Origin: Eledone cirrhosa
Lineage: Eukaryota
Direction: 5' to 3'
Assembly (NCBI GenBank): GCA_964016885.1
Contig: OZ024742.1
Coordinates: forward strand, 368,032,001-368,096,000
DNA length: 64,000 bases
Shown: positions 1 through 13,409 of the stretch, in pieces
How the letters are laid out: every line of letters starts with the position of its first letter
How positions within the stretch are numbered: the stretch's first letter is position 1
Translations under genes and position numbers: made by a program
The notes under the pieces: model-generated
Seen by the model: only the letters and a program-made list of their open reading frames with translations
Databases searched by the model: none
What the model was told of the DNA's origin: nothing

Positions 1-1349
1 AGAGAGTGGTTTACTATGTTGTGTCAATATGTGGTTTACTATGTTGTGTCAGTGAGAGAGTGGTTTACTATGTTGTGTCAGTGAGTGATTTACTATGTTG
101 TGTCAGTGAGTGGTTTACTATGTTGTGTCTGTGAGTGGTTTACTATGTTGTGTCAGTGAGTGGTTTACTATGTTGTGTCTGTGAGAGAGTGGTTTACTAT
201 GTTGTGTCAGTGAGTGGTTTACTATGTTGTGTCAGTGAGTGGTTTACTATGTTGTGTCAGTGAGTGGTTTACTATGTTGTGTCTGTGAGTGGTTTACTAT
301 GTTGTGTCAGTGAGTGGTTTACTATGTTGTGTCTGTGAGATAGTGGTTTACTATGTTGTGTCAGTGAGTGGTTTACTATGTTGTGTCAGTGAGTGGTTTA
401 CTATGTTGTGTCAGTGAGAGTGGTTTACTATGTTGTGTCAGTGAGAGAGTGGTTTACTATGTTGTGTCAGTGAGAGAGTGGTTTACTATGTTGTGTCTGT
501 GAGAGAGTGGTTTACTATGTTGTGTCAGTGAGTGGTTTACTATGTTGTGTCAGTGAGAGAGTGGTTTACTATGTTGTGTCTGTGAGTTGTTTACTATGTT
601 GTGTCAGTGAGTGGTTTACTATGTTGTGTCAGTGAGTGGTTTACTATGTTGTGTCAGTGAGTGGTTTACTATGTTGTGTCAGTGAGTGGTTTACTATGTT
701 GTGTCAGTGAGTGGTTTACTATGTTGTGTCAGTGAGTGGTTTACTATGTTGTGTCAGTGAGTGGTTTACTATGTTGTGTCAGTGAGTGGTTTACTATGTT
801 GTGTCAGTGAGTGGTTTACTATGTTGTGTCAGTGAGAGAGTGGTTTATTATGTTGTGTCAGTGAGAGAGTGGTTTACTATGTTGTGTCAGTGAGTGGTTT
901 ACTATGTTGTGTCAGTGAGAGAGTGGTTTACTATGTTGTGTCAGTGAGTGGTTTACTATGTTGTGTCAGTGAGTGGTTTACTATGTTGTGTCAGTGAGTG
1001 GTTTACTATGTTGTGTCAGTGAGTCGTTTACTATGTTGTGTCAGTGAGTGGTTTACTATGTTGTGTCAGTGAGAGAGTGGTTTACTATGTTGTGTCTGTG
1101 AGTGGTTTACTATGTTGTGTCAGTGAGTGGTTTACTATGTTGTGTCAGTGAGTGGTTTACTATGTTTTGTTAGTGAGTGGTTTACTATGTTGTGTCAGTG
1201 AGTGGTTTACTATGTTGTGTCAGTGAGTGGTTTACTATGTTGTGTCAGTGAGTGGTTTACTATGTTGTGTCAGTGAGTGGTTTACTATGTTGTGTCAGTG
1301 AGTGGTTTACTATGTTGTGTCAGTGAGAGGGTGGTTTACTATGCTGGGT

Positions 1350-4300
1350 CAGTGAGTGGTTTACTATGTTGTGTCAGTGAGTGGTTTACTATGTTGTGTC
1401 AGTGAGAGAGTGGTTTACTATGTTGTGTCAATGAGTGGTTTACTATGTTGTGTCAGTGAGAGAGTGGTTTACTATGTTGTGTCAGTGAGTGATTTACTAT
1501 GTTGTGTCAGTGAGTGGTTTACTATGTTGTGTCTGTGAGTGGTTTACTATGTTGTGTCAGTGAGTGGTTTACTATGTTGTGTCTGTGAGAGAGTGGTTTA
1601 CTATGTTGTGTCAGTGAGTGGTTTACTATGTTGTGTCAGTGAGTGGTTTACTATGTTGTGTCAGTGAGAGAGTGGTTTACTATGTTGTGTCAGTGAGAGA
1701 GTGGTTTACTATGTTGTGTCAGTGAGAGAGTGGTTTACTATGTTGTGTCTGTGAGAGAGTGGTTTACTATGTTGTGTCAGTGAGTGGTTTACTATGTTGT
1801 GTCAGTGAGTGGTTTACTATGTTGTGTCAGTGAGAGAGTGGTTTACTATGTTGTGTCTGTGAGTGGTTTACTATGTTGTGTCAGTGAGTGGTTTACTATG
1901 TTGTGTCAGTGAGTGGTTTACTATGTTGTGTCAGTGAGTGGTTTACTATGTTGTGTCAGTGAGTGGTTTACTATGTTGTGTCAGTGAGTGGTTTACTATG
2001 TTGTGTCAGTGAGTGGTTTACTATGTTGTGTCAGTGAGTGGTTTACTATGTTGTGTCAGTGAGAGGGTTGTTTACTATGCTGGGTCAGTGAGTGGTTTAC
2101 TATGTTGTGTCAGTGAGTGGTTTACTATGTTGTGTCAGTCAGAGAGTGGTTTACTATGTTGTGTCAGTGAGTGGTTTACTATGTTGTGTCTGTGAGTGGT
2201 TTACTATGTTGTGTCAGTGAGTGGTTTACTATGTTGTGTCTGTGAGATAGTGGTTTACTATGTTGTGTCAGTGAGTGGTTTACTATGTTGTGTCAGTGAG
2301 TGGTTTACTATGTTGTGTCAGTGAGAGTGGTTTACTATGTTGTGTCAGTGAGAGAGTGGTTTACTATGTTGTGTCAGTGAGAGAGTGGTTTACTATGTTG
2401 TGTCTGTGAGAGAGTGGTTTACTATGTTGTGTCAGTGAGTGGTTTACTATGTTGTGTCAGTGAGAGAGTGGTTTACTATGTTGTGTCTGTGAGTGGTTTA
2501 CTATGTTGTGTCAGTGAGTGGTTTACTATGTTGTGTCAGTGAGTGGTTTACTATGTTGTGTCAGTGAGTGGTTTACTATGTTGTGTCAGTGAGTGGTTTA
2601 CTATGTTGTGTCAGTGAGTGGTTTACTATGTTGTGTCAGTGAGTGGTTTACTATGTTGTGTCAGTGAGTGGTTTACTATGTTGTGTCAGTGAGTGGTTTA
2701 CTATGTTGTGTCAGTGAGTGGTTTACTATGTTGTGTCAGTGAGAGAGTGGTTTACTATGTTGTGTCAGTGAGAGAGTGGTTTACTATGTTGTGTCAGTGA
2801 GTGGTTTACTATGTTGTGTCAGTGAGAGAGTGGTTTACTATGTTGTGTCAGTGAGTGGTTTACTATGTTGTGTCAGTGAGTGGTTTACTATGTTGTGTCA
2901 GTGAGTGGTTTACTATGTTGTGTCAGTGAGTGGTTTACTATGTTGTGTCAGTGAGTGGTTTACTATGTTGTGTCAGTGAGTGGTTTACTATGTTGTGTCA
3001 GTGAGAGAGTGGTTTACTATGTTGTGTCAGTGAGTGGTTTACTATGTTGTGTCAGTGAGTGGTTTACTATGTTGTGTCAGTGAGTGGTTTACTATGTTGT
3101 GTCAGTGAGTGGTTTACTATGTTGTGTCAGTGAGTGGTTTACTATGTTGTGTCAGTGAGTGGTTTACTATGTTGTGTCAGTGAGTGGTTTACTATGTTGT
3201 GTCAGTGAGAGAGTGGTTTACTATGTTTTGTCAATGAGTGGTTTACTATGTTGTGTCAGTGAGTGATTTACTATGTTGTGTCAGTGAGTGGTTTACTATG
3301 TTGTGTCTGTGAGTGGTTTACTATGTTGTGTCAGTGAGTGGTTTACTTTGTTGTGTCTGTGAGAGAGTGGTTTACTATGTTGTGTCAGTGAGTGGTTTAC
3401 TATGTTGTGTCAGTGAGTGGTTTACTATGTTGTGTCAGTGAGAGAGTGGTTTACTATGTTGTGTCAGCGAGAGAGTGGTTTACTATGTTGTGTCAGTGAG
3501 TAGTTTACTATGTTGTGTCAGTGAGTGGTTTACTATGTTGTGTCAGTGAGTGGTTTACTATGTTGTGTCAGTGAGTGGTTTACTATGTTGTGTCAGTGAG
3601 TGGTTTACTATGTTGTGTCAGTGAGTGGTTTACTATGTTGTGTCAGTGAGTGGTTTACTATGTTGTGTCAGTGAGAGGGTGGTTTACTATGCTGGGTCAG
3701 TGAGTGGTTTACTATGTTGTGTCAGTGAGTGGTTTACTATGTTGTGTCAGTGAGAGAGTGGTTTACTATGTTGTGTCAATGAGTGGTTTACTATGTTGTG
3801 TCAGTGAGAGAGTGGTTTACTATGTTGTGTCAGTGAGTGGTTTACTATGTTGTGTAAGTGAGTGGTTTACTATGTTGTGTCTGTGAGTGGTTTACTATGT
3901 TGTGTCAGTGAGTGGTTTACTATGTTGTGTCTGTGAGAGAGTGGTTTACTATGTTGTGTCAATGAGAGTGGTTTACTATGTTGTGTCAGTGAGTGGTTTA
4001 CTATGTTGTGTCAGTGAGAGAGTGGTTTACTATGTTGTGTCAGTGAGAGAGTGGTTTACTATGTTGTGTCAGTGAGTGGTTTTCTATGTTGTGTCAGTGA
4101 GTGGTTTACTATGTTGTGTCAGTGAGAGAGTGGTTTACTATGTTGTGTCAATGAGTGGTTTACTATGTTGTGTCAGTGAGAGAGTGGTTTACTATGATGT
4201 GTCAGTGAGTGATTTACTATGTTGTGTCAGTGAGTGGTTTACTATGTTGTGTCTGTGAGTGGTTTACTATGTTGTGTCAGTGAGTGGTTTACTATGTTGT

Positions 4301-5750
4301 GTCTGTGAGAGAGTGGTTTACTATGTTGTGTCAGTGAGTGGTTTACTATGTTGTGTCAGTGAGTGGTTTACTATGTTGTGTCAGTGAGAGAGTGGTTTAC
4401 TATGTTGTGTCAGTGAGAGAGTGGTTTACTATGTTGTGTCAGTGAGAGAGTGGTTTACTATGTTGTGTCTGTGAGAGAGTGGTTTACTATGTTGTGTCAG
4501 TGAGTGGTTTACTATGTTGTGTCAGTGAGTGGTTTACTATGTTGTGTCAGTGAGAGAGTGGTTTACTATGTTGTGTCTGTGAGTGGTTTACTATGTTGTG
4601 TCAGTGAGTGGTTTACTATGTTGTGTCAGTGAGTGGTTTACTATGTTGTGTCAGTGAGTGGTTTACTATGTTGTGTCAGTGAGTGGTTTACTATGTTGTG
4701 TCAGTGAGTGGTTTACTATGTTGTGTCAGTGAGTGGTTTACTATGTTGTGTCAGTGAGTGGTTTACTATGTTGTGTCAGTGAGAGGGTTGTTTACTATGC
4801 TGGGTCAGTGAGTGGTTTACTATGTTGTGTCAGTGAGTGGTTTACTATGTTGTGTCAGTCAGAGAGTGGTTTACTATGTTGTGTCAGTGAGTGGTTTACT
4901 ATGTTGTGTCTGTGAGTGGTTTACTATGTTGTGTCAGTGAGTGGTTTACTATGTTGTGTCTGTGAGATAGTGGTTTACTATGTTGTGTCAGTGAGTGGTT
5001 TACTATGTTGTGTCAGTGAGTGGTTTACTATGTTGTGTCAGTGAGAGTGGTTTACTATGTTGTGTCAGTGAGAGAGTGGTTTACTATGTTGTGTCAGTGA
5101 GAGAGTGGTTTACTATGTTGTGTCTGTGAGAGAGTGGTTTACTATGTTGTGTCAGTGAGTGGTTTACTATGTTGTGTCAGTGAGAGAGTGGTTTACTATG
5201 TTGTGTCTGTGAGTGGTTTACTATGTTGTGTCAGTGAGTGGTTTACTATGTTGTGTCAGTGAGTGGTTTACTATGTTGTGTCAGTGAGTGGTTTACTATG
5301 TTGTGTCAGTGAGTGGTTTACTATGTTGTGTCAGTGAGTGGTTTACTATGTTGTGTCAGTGAGTGGTTTACTATGTTGTGTCAGTGAGTGGTTTACTATG
5401 TTGTGTCAGTGAGTGGTTTACTATGTTGTGTCAGTGAGTGGTTTACTATGTTGTGTCAGTGAGAGAGTGGTTTACTATGTTGTGTCAGTGAGAGAGTGGT
5501 TTACTATGTTGTGTCAGTGAGTGGTTTACTATGTTGTGTCAGTGAGAGAGTGGTTTACTATGTTGTGTCAGTGAGTGGTTTACTATGTTGTGTCAGTGAG
5601 TGGTTTACTATGTTGTGTCAGTGAGTGGTTTACTATGTTGTGTCAGTGAGTGGTTTACTATGTTGTGTCAGTGAGTGGTTTACTATGTTGTGTCAGTGAG
5701 TGGTTTACTATGTTGTGTCAGTGAGAGAGTGGTTTACTATGTTGTGTCAG
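1350..5750 (+). repeat. Higher-order duplicated block, offset 2720 bp (~1.35-3.0 kb vs ~4.1-5.75 kb)
   Basis: Identical variant-bearing ORF-track peptides at 2013 and 4733. Both copies share the rare GAGAGGGTTG..GCTGGG, CAGTCAGAG and GAGATAG variants in the same order. Confidence 0.85.
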
Positions 5751-8700
5751 TGAGTGGTTTACTATGTTGTGTCAGGGAGTGGTTTACTATGTTGTGTCAG
5801 TGAGAGAGTGGTTTACTATGTTGTGTCAATGAGTGGTTTACTATGTTGTGTCAGTGAGTGATTTACTATGTTGTGTCAGTGAGTGGTTTACTATGTTGTG
5901 TCTGTGAGTGGTTTACTATGTTGTGTCAGTGAGTGGTTTACTATGTTGTGTCTGTGAGAGAGTGGTTTACTATGTTGTGTCAGTGAGTGGTTTACTATGT
6001 TGTGTCAGTGAGTGGTTTACTATGTTGTGTCAGTGAGAGAGTGGTTTACTATGTTGTGTCAGCGAGAGAGTGGTTTACTATGTTGTGTCAGTGAGTAGTT
6101 TACTATGTTGTGTCAGTGAGTGGTTTACTATGTTGTGTCAGTGAGTGGTTTACTATGTTGTGTCAGTGAGTGGTTTACTATGTTGTGTCAGTGAGTGGTT
6201 TACTATGTTGTGTCAGTGAGTGGTTTACTATGTTGTGTCAGTGAGTGGTTTACTATGTTGTGTCAGTGAGAGGGTGGTTTACTATGCTGGGTCAGTGAGT
6301 GGTTTACTATGTTGTGTCAGTGAGTGGTTTACTATGTTGTGTCAGTGAGAGAGTGGTTTACTATGTTGTGTCAATGAGTGGTTTACTATGTTGTGTCAGT
6401 GAGAGAGTGGTTTACTATGTTGTGTCAGTGAGTGGTTTACTATGTTGTGTAAGTGAGTGGTTTACTATGTTGTGTCTGTGAGTGGTTTACTATGTTGTGT
6501 CAGTGAGTGGTTTACTATGTTGTGTCTGTGAGAGAGTGGTTTACTATGTTGTGTCAATGAGAGTGGTTTACTATGTTGTGTCAGTGAGTGGTTTACTATG
6601 TTGTGTCAGTGAGAGAGTGGTTTACTATGTTGTGTCAGTGAGAGAGTGGTTTACTATGTTGTGTCAGTGAGTGGTTTTCTATGTTGTGTCAGTGAGTGGT
6701 TTACTATGTTGTGTCAGTGTGTGTTTTACTATGTTGTGTCAGTGAGAGAGTGGTTTACTATGTTGTGTCAGTGAGTGGTTTACTATGTTGTGTCTGTGAG
6801 AGACTGGTTTACTATGTTGTGTCAGTGAGTGGTTTACTATGTTGTGTCAGTGAGAGAGTGGTTTACTATGTTGTGTCAGTGAGTGGTTTACTATGTTGTG
6901 TCTGTGAGAGAGAGGTTTACTATGTTGTGTCTGTGAGTGGTTTACTATGTTGTGTCAGTGAGAGAGTGGTTTACTATGTTGTGTCAGTGAGTGGTTTGCT
7001 ATGTTGTGTCAGTGAGAGAGTGGTTTACTATGTTGTGTCAGTGAGTGGTTTACTATGTTGTGTCTGTGAGAGAGTGGTTTACTATGTTGTGTCTGTGAGT
7101 GGTTTACTATGTTGTGTCAGTGAGAGAGTGGTTTACTATGTTGTGTCAGTGAGTGGTTTACTATGTTGTGTCAGTGTGAGAGTGGTTTACTATGTTGTGT
7201 CAGTGAGAGGGTGGTTTACTATGTTGTGTCTGTGAGAGAGTAGTTTACTATGTTGTGTCTGTGAGAGAGTGGTTTACTATGTTGTGTCTGTGAGTGGTTT
7301 ACTATGTTCTGTCAGTGAGAGAGTGGTTTACTATGTTCTGTCAGTGAGAGAGTGGTTTACTATGTTCTGTCAGTGAGAGAGTGGTTTACTATGTTGTGTC
7401 AGTGAGAGAGTGGTTTACTATGTTGTGTCTGTGAGTGGTTTACTATGTTGTGTCAGTGAGAGAGTGGTTTACTATGTTGTGTCAGTGAGTGGTTTACTAT
7501 GTTGTGTCAGTGAGTGGTTTACTATGTTGTGTCAGTGAGAGAGTGGTTTACTATGTTGTGTCAGTGAGAGAGTGGTTTACTATGTTGTGTCAGTGAGTGG
7601 TTTACTATGTTGTGTCAGTGAGTGGTTTACTATGTTGTGTCAGTGAGTGGTTTACTATGTTGTGTCAGTGAGTGGTTTACTATGTTGTGTCAGTGAGAGA
7701 GTGATTTACTATGTTCTGTCAGTGAGTGGTTTAATATGTTGTGTTAGTGAGAGTGTGGTTTACTATGTTGTGTCTGTGAGTGGTTTACTATGTTGTGTCA
7801 GTGAGTGGTTTAATATGTTGTGTCAGTGAGAGAGTGGTTTACTATGTTGTGTCAGTGAGTGGTTTACTATGTTGTGTCAGTGAGTGGTTTACTATGTTGT
7901 GTCAGTGAGTGGTTTACTATGTTGTGTCAGTGAGTGGTTTACTATGTTGTGTCAGTGAGTGGTTTACTATGTTGTGTCAGTGAGAGAGTGGTTTACTATG
8001 TTGTGTCAGTGAGTGGTTTACTATGTTGTGTCAGTGAGTGGTTTACTATGTTGTGTCAGAGAGTGGTTTACTATGTTGTGTCAGTGAGTGGTTTACTATG
8101 TTGTGTCAGTGAGTGGTTTACTATGTTGTGTCAGTGAGTGGTTTACTATGTTGTGTCAGTGAGTGGTTTACTATGTTGTGTCAGTGAGAGAGTGGTTTAC
8201 TATGTTGTGTCAATGAGTGGTTTACTATGTTGTGTCAGTGAGAGAGTGGTTTACTATGATGTGTCAGTGAGTGATTTACTATGTTGTGTCTGTGAGTGGT
8301 TTACTATGTTGTGTCAGTGAGTGGTTTACTATGTTGTGTCAGTGAGTGGTTTACTATGTTGTGTCAGTGAGAGAGTGGTTTACTATGTTGTGTCAGTGAG
8401 AGAGTGGTTTACTATGTTGTGTCAGTGAGAGAGTGGTTTACTATGTTGTGTCTGTGAGAGAGTGGTTTACTATGTTGTGTCAGTGAGTGGTTTACTATGT
8501 TGTGTCAGTGAGTGGTTTACTATGTTGTGTCAGTGAGAGAGTGGTTTACTATGTTGTGTCTGTGAGTGGTTTACTATGTTGTGTCAGTGAGTGGTTTACT
8601 ATGTTGTGTCAGTGAGTGGTTTACTATGTTGTGTCAGTGAGTGGTTTACTATGTTGTGTCAGTGAGTGGTTTACTATGTTGTGTCAGTGAGTGGTTTACT

Positions 8701-10789
8701 ATGTTGTGTCAGTGAGTGGTTTACTATGTTGTGTCAGTGAGTGGTTTACTATGTTGTGTCAGTGAGAGGGTTGTTTACTATGCTGGGTCAGTGAGTGGTT
8801 TACTATGTTGTGTCAGTGAGTGGTTTACTATGTTGTGTCAGTCAGAGAGTGGTTTACTATGTTGTGTCAGTGAGTGGTTTACTATGTTGTGTCTGTGAGT
8901 GGTTTACTATGTTGTGTCAGTGAGTGGTTTACTATGTTGTGTCTGTGAGATAGTGGTTTACTATGTTGTGTCAGTGAGTGGTTTACTATGTTGTGTCAGT
9001 GAGTGGTTTACTATGTTGTGTCAGTGAGAGTGGTTTACTATGTTGTGTCAGTGAGAGAGTGGTTTACTATGTTGTGTCAGTGAGAGAGTGGTTTACTATG
9101 TTGTGTCTGTGAGAGAGTGGTTTACTATGTTGTGTCAGTGAGTGGTTTACTATGTTGTGTCAGTGAGAGAGTGGTTTACTATGTTGTGTCTGTGAGTGGT
9201 TTACTATGTTGTGTCAGTGAGTGGTTTACTATGTTGTGTCAGTGAGTGGTTTACTATGTTGTGTCAGTGAGTGGTTTACTATGTTGTGTCAGTGAGTGGT
9301 TTACTATGTTGTGTCAGTGAGTGGTTTACTATGTTGTGTCAGTGAGTGGTTTACTATGTTGTGTCAGTGAGTGGTTTACTATGTTGTGTCAGTGAGTGGT
9401 TTACTATGTTGTGTCAGTGAGAGAGTGGTTTACTATGTTGTGTCAGTGAGAGAGTGGTTTACTATGTTGTGTCAGTGAGTGGTTTACTATGTTGTGTCAG
9501 TGAGAGAGTGGTTTACTATGTTGTGTCAGTGAGTGGTTTACTATGTTGTGTCAGTGAGTGGTTTACTATGTTGTGTCAGTGAGTGGTTTACTATGTTGTG
9601 TCAGTGAGTGGTTTACTATGTTGTGTCAGTGAGTGGTTTACTGTGTTGTGTCAGTGAGTGGTTTACTATGTTGTGTCAGTGAGAGAGTGGTTTACTATGT
9701 TGTGTCAGTGAGTGGTTTACTATGTTGTGTCAGTGAGTGGTTTACTATGTTGTGTCAGTGAGTGGTTTACTATGTTGTGTCAGTGAGTGGTTTACTATGT
9801 TGTGTCAGTGAGTGGTTTACTATGTTGTGTCAGTGAGTGGTTTACTATGTTGTGTCAGTGAGTGGTTTACTATGTTGTGTCAGTGAGAGAGTGGTTTACT
9901 ATGTTGTGTCAATGAGTGGTTTACTATGTTGTGTCAGTGAGTGATTTACTATGTTGTGTCAGTGAGTGGTTTACTATGTTGTGTCTGTGAGTGGTTTACT
10001 ATGTTGTGTCAGTGAGTGGTTTACTATGTTGTGTCTGTGAGAGAGTGGTTTACTATGTTGTGTCAGTGAGTGGTTTACTATGTTGTGTCAGTGAGTGGTT
10101 TACTATGTTGTGTCAGTGAGAGAGTGGTTTACTATGTTGTGTCAGCGAGAGAGTGGTTTACTATGTTGTGTCAGTGAGTAGTTTACTATGTTGTGTCAGT
10201 GAGTGGTTTACTATGTTGTGTCAGTGAGTGGTTTACTATGTTGTGTCAGTGAGTGGTTTACTATGTTGTGTCAGTGAGTGGTTTACTATGTTGTGTCAGT
10301 GAGTGGTTTACTATGTTGTGTCAGTGAGTGGTTTACTATGTTGTGTCAGTGAGAGGGTGGTTTACTATGCTGGGTCAGTGAGTGGTTTACTATGTTGTGT
10401 CAGTGAGTGGTTTACTATGTTGTGTCAGTGAGAGAGTGGTTTACTATGTTGTGTCAATGAGTGGTTTACTATGTTGTGTCAGTGAGAGAGTGGTTTACTA
10501 TGTTGTGTCAGTGAGTGGTTTACTATGTTGTGTAAGTGAGTGGTTTACTATGTTGTGTCTGTGAGTGGTTTACTATGTTGTGTCAGTGAGTGGTTTACTA
10601 TGTTGTGTCTGTGAGAGAGTGGTTTACTATGTTGTGTCAATGAGAGTGGTTTACTATGTTGTGTCAGTGAGTGGTTTACTATGTTGTGTCAGTGAGAGAG
10701 TGGTTTACTATGTTGTGTCAGTGAGAGAGTGGTTTACTATGTTGTGTCAGTGAGTGGTTTTCTATGTTGTGTCAGTGAGTGGTTTACTA

Positions 10790-11600
10790 TGTTGTGTCAG
10801 TGTGTGTTTTACTATGTTGTGTCAGTGAGAGAGTGGTTTACTATGTTGTGTCAGTGAGTGGTTTACTATGTTGTGTCTGTGAGAGACTGGTTTACTATGT
10901 TGTGTCAGTGAGTGGTTTACTATGTTGTGTCAGTGAGAGAGTGGTTTACTATGTTGTGTCAGTGAGTGGTTTACTATGTTGTGTCTGTGAGAGAGAGGTT
11001 TACTATGTTGTGTCTGTGAGTGGTTTACTATGTTGTGTCAGTGAGAGAGTGGTTTACTATGTTGTGTCAGTGAGTGGTTTGCTATGTTGTGTCAGTGAGA
11101 GAGTGGTTTACTATGTTGTGTCAGTGAGTGGTTTACTATGTTGTGTCTGTGAGAGAGTGGTTTACTATGTTGTGTCTGTGAGTGGTTTACTATGTTGTGT
11201 CAGTGTGTGTTTTACTATGTTGTGTCAGTGAGAGAGTGGTTTACTATGTTGTGTCAGTGAGTGGTTTACTATGTTGTGTCTGTGAGAGACTGGTTTACTA
11301 TGTTGTGTCAGTGAGTGGTTTACTATGTTGTGTCAGTGAGAGAGTGGTTTACTATGTTGTGTCAGTGAGTGGTTTACTATGTTGTGTCTGTGAGAGAGAG
11401 GTTTACTATGTTGTGTCTGTGAGTGGTTTACTATGTTGTGTCAGTGAGAGAGTGGTTTACTATGTTGTGTCAGTGAGTGGTTTGCTATGTTGTGTCAGTG
11501 AGAGAGTGGTTTACTATGTTGTGTCAGTGAGTGGTTTACTATGTTGTGTCTGTGAGAGAGTGGTTTACTATGTTGTGTCTGTGAGTGGTTTACTATGTTG
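10790..11600 (+). repeat. 403-bp tandem duplication (15 monomers)
   Basis: The variant series GTGTGTTTTAC, GAGACTGG, GAGAGAGG, TTTGCTA occurs twice, 403 bp apart (ORF starts 10779 and 11182). 403 = 8x25 + 7x29. Confidence 0.9.
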
Positions 11601-13409
11601 TGTCAGTGAGAGAGTGGTTTACTATGTTGTGTCAGTGAGTGGTTTACTATGTTGTGTCAGTGTGAGAGTGGTTTACTATGTTGTGTCAGTGAGAGGGTGG
11701 TTTACTATGTTGTGTCTGTGAGAGAGTAGTTTACTATGTTGTGTCTGTGAGAGAGTGGTTTACTATGTTGTGTCTGTGAGTGGTTTACTATGTTCTGTCA
11801 GTGAGAGAGTGGTTTACTATGTTCTGTCAGTGAGAGAGTGGTTTACTATGTTCTGTCAGTGAGAGAGTGGTTTACTATGTTGTGTCAGTGAGAGAGTGGT
11901 TTACTATGTTGTGTCTGTGAGTGGTTTACTATGTTGTGTCAGTGAGAGAGTGGTTTACTATGTTGTGTCAGTGAGTGGTTTACTATGTTGTGTCAGTGAG
12001 TGGTTTACTATGTTGTGTCAGTGAGAGAGTGGTTTACTATGTTGTGTCAGTGAGAGAGTGGTTTACTATGTTGTGTCAGTGAGTGGTTTACTATGTTGTG
12101 TCAGTGAGTGGTTTACTATGTTGTGTCAGTGAGTGGTTTACTATGTTGTGTCAGTGAGTGGTTTACTATGTTGTGTCAGTGAGAGAGTGATTTACTATGT
12201 TCTGTCAGTGAGTGGTTTAATATGTTGTGTTAGTGAGAGTGTGGTTTACTATGTTGTGTCTGTGAGTGGTTTACTATGTTGTGTCAGTGAGTGGTTTAAT
12301 ATGTTGTGTCAGTGAGAGAGTGGTTTACTATGTTGTGTCAGTGAGTGGTTTACTATGTTGTGTCAGTGAGTGGTTTACTATGTTGTGTCAGTGAGTGGTT
12401 TACTATGTTGTGTCAGTGAGTGGTTTACTATGTTGTGTCAGTGAGTGGTTTACTATGTTGTGTCAGTGAGAGAGTGGTTTACTATGTTGTGTCAGTGAGT
12501 GGTTTACTATGTTGTGTCAGTGAGTGGTTTACTATGTTGTGTCAGAGAGTGGTTTACTATGTTGTGTCAGTGAGTGGTTTACTATGTTGTGTCAGTGAGT
12601 GGTTTACTATGTTGTGTCAGTGAGTGGTTTACTATGTTGTGTCAGTGAGTGGTTTACTATGTTGTGTCAGTGAGAGAGTGGTTTACTATGTTGTGTCAAT
12701 GAGTGGTTTACTATGTTGTGTCAGTGAGAGAGTGGTTTACTATGATGTGTCAGTGAGTGATTTACTATGTTGTGTCAGTGAGTGGTTTACTATGTTGTGT
12801 CTGTGAGTGGTTTACTATGTTGTGTCAGTGAGTGGTTTACTATGTTGTGTCAGTGAGTGGTTTACTATGTTGTGTCAGTGAGAGAGTGGTTTACTATGTT
12901 GTGTCAGTGAGAGAGTGGTTTACTATGTTGTGTCAGTGAGAGAGTGGTTTACTATGTTGTGTCTGTGAGAGAGTGGTTTACTATGTTGTGTCAGTGAGTG
13001 GTTTACTATGTTGTGTCAGTGAGTGGTTTACTATGTTGTGTCAGTGAGAGAGTGGTTTACTATGTTGTGTCTGTGAGTGGTTTACTATGTTGTGTCAGTG
13101 AGTGGTTTACTATGTTGTGTCAGTGAGTGGTTTACTATGTTGTGTCAGTGAGTGGTTTACTATGTTGTGTCAGTGAGTGGTTTACTATGTTGTGTCAGTG
13201 AGTGGTTTACTATGTTGTGTCAGTGAGTGGTTTACTATGTTGTGTCAGTGAGTGGTTTACTATGTTGTGTCAGTGAGAGGGTTGTTTACTATGCTGGGTC
13301 AGTGAGTGGTTTACTATGTTGTGTCAGTGAGTGGTTTACTATGTTGTGTCAGTCAGAGAGTGGTTTACTATGTTGTGTCAGTGAGTGGTTTACTATGTTG
13401 TGTCTGTGA

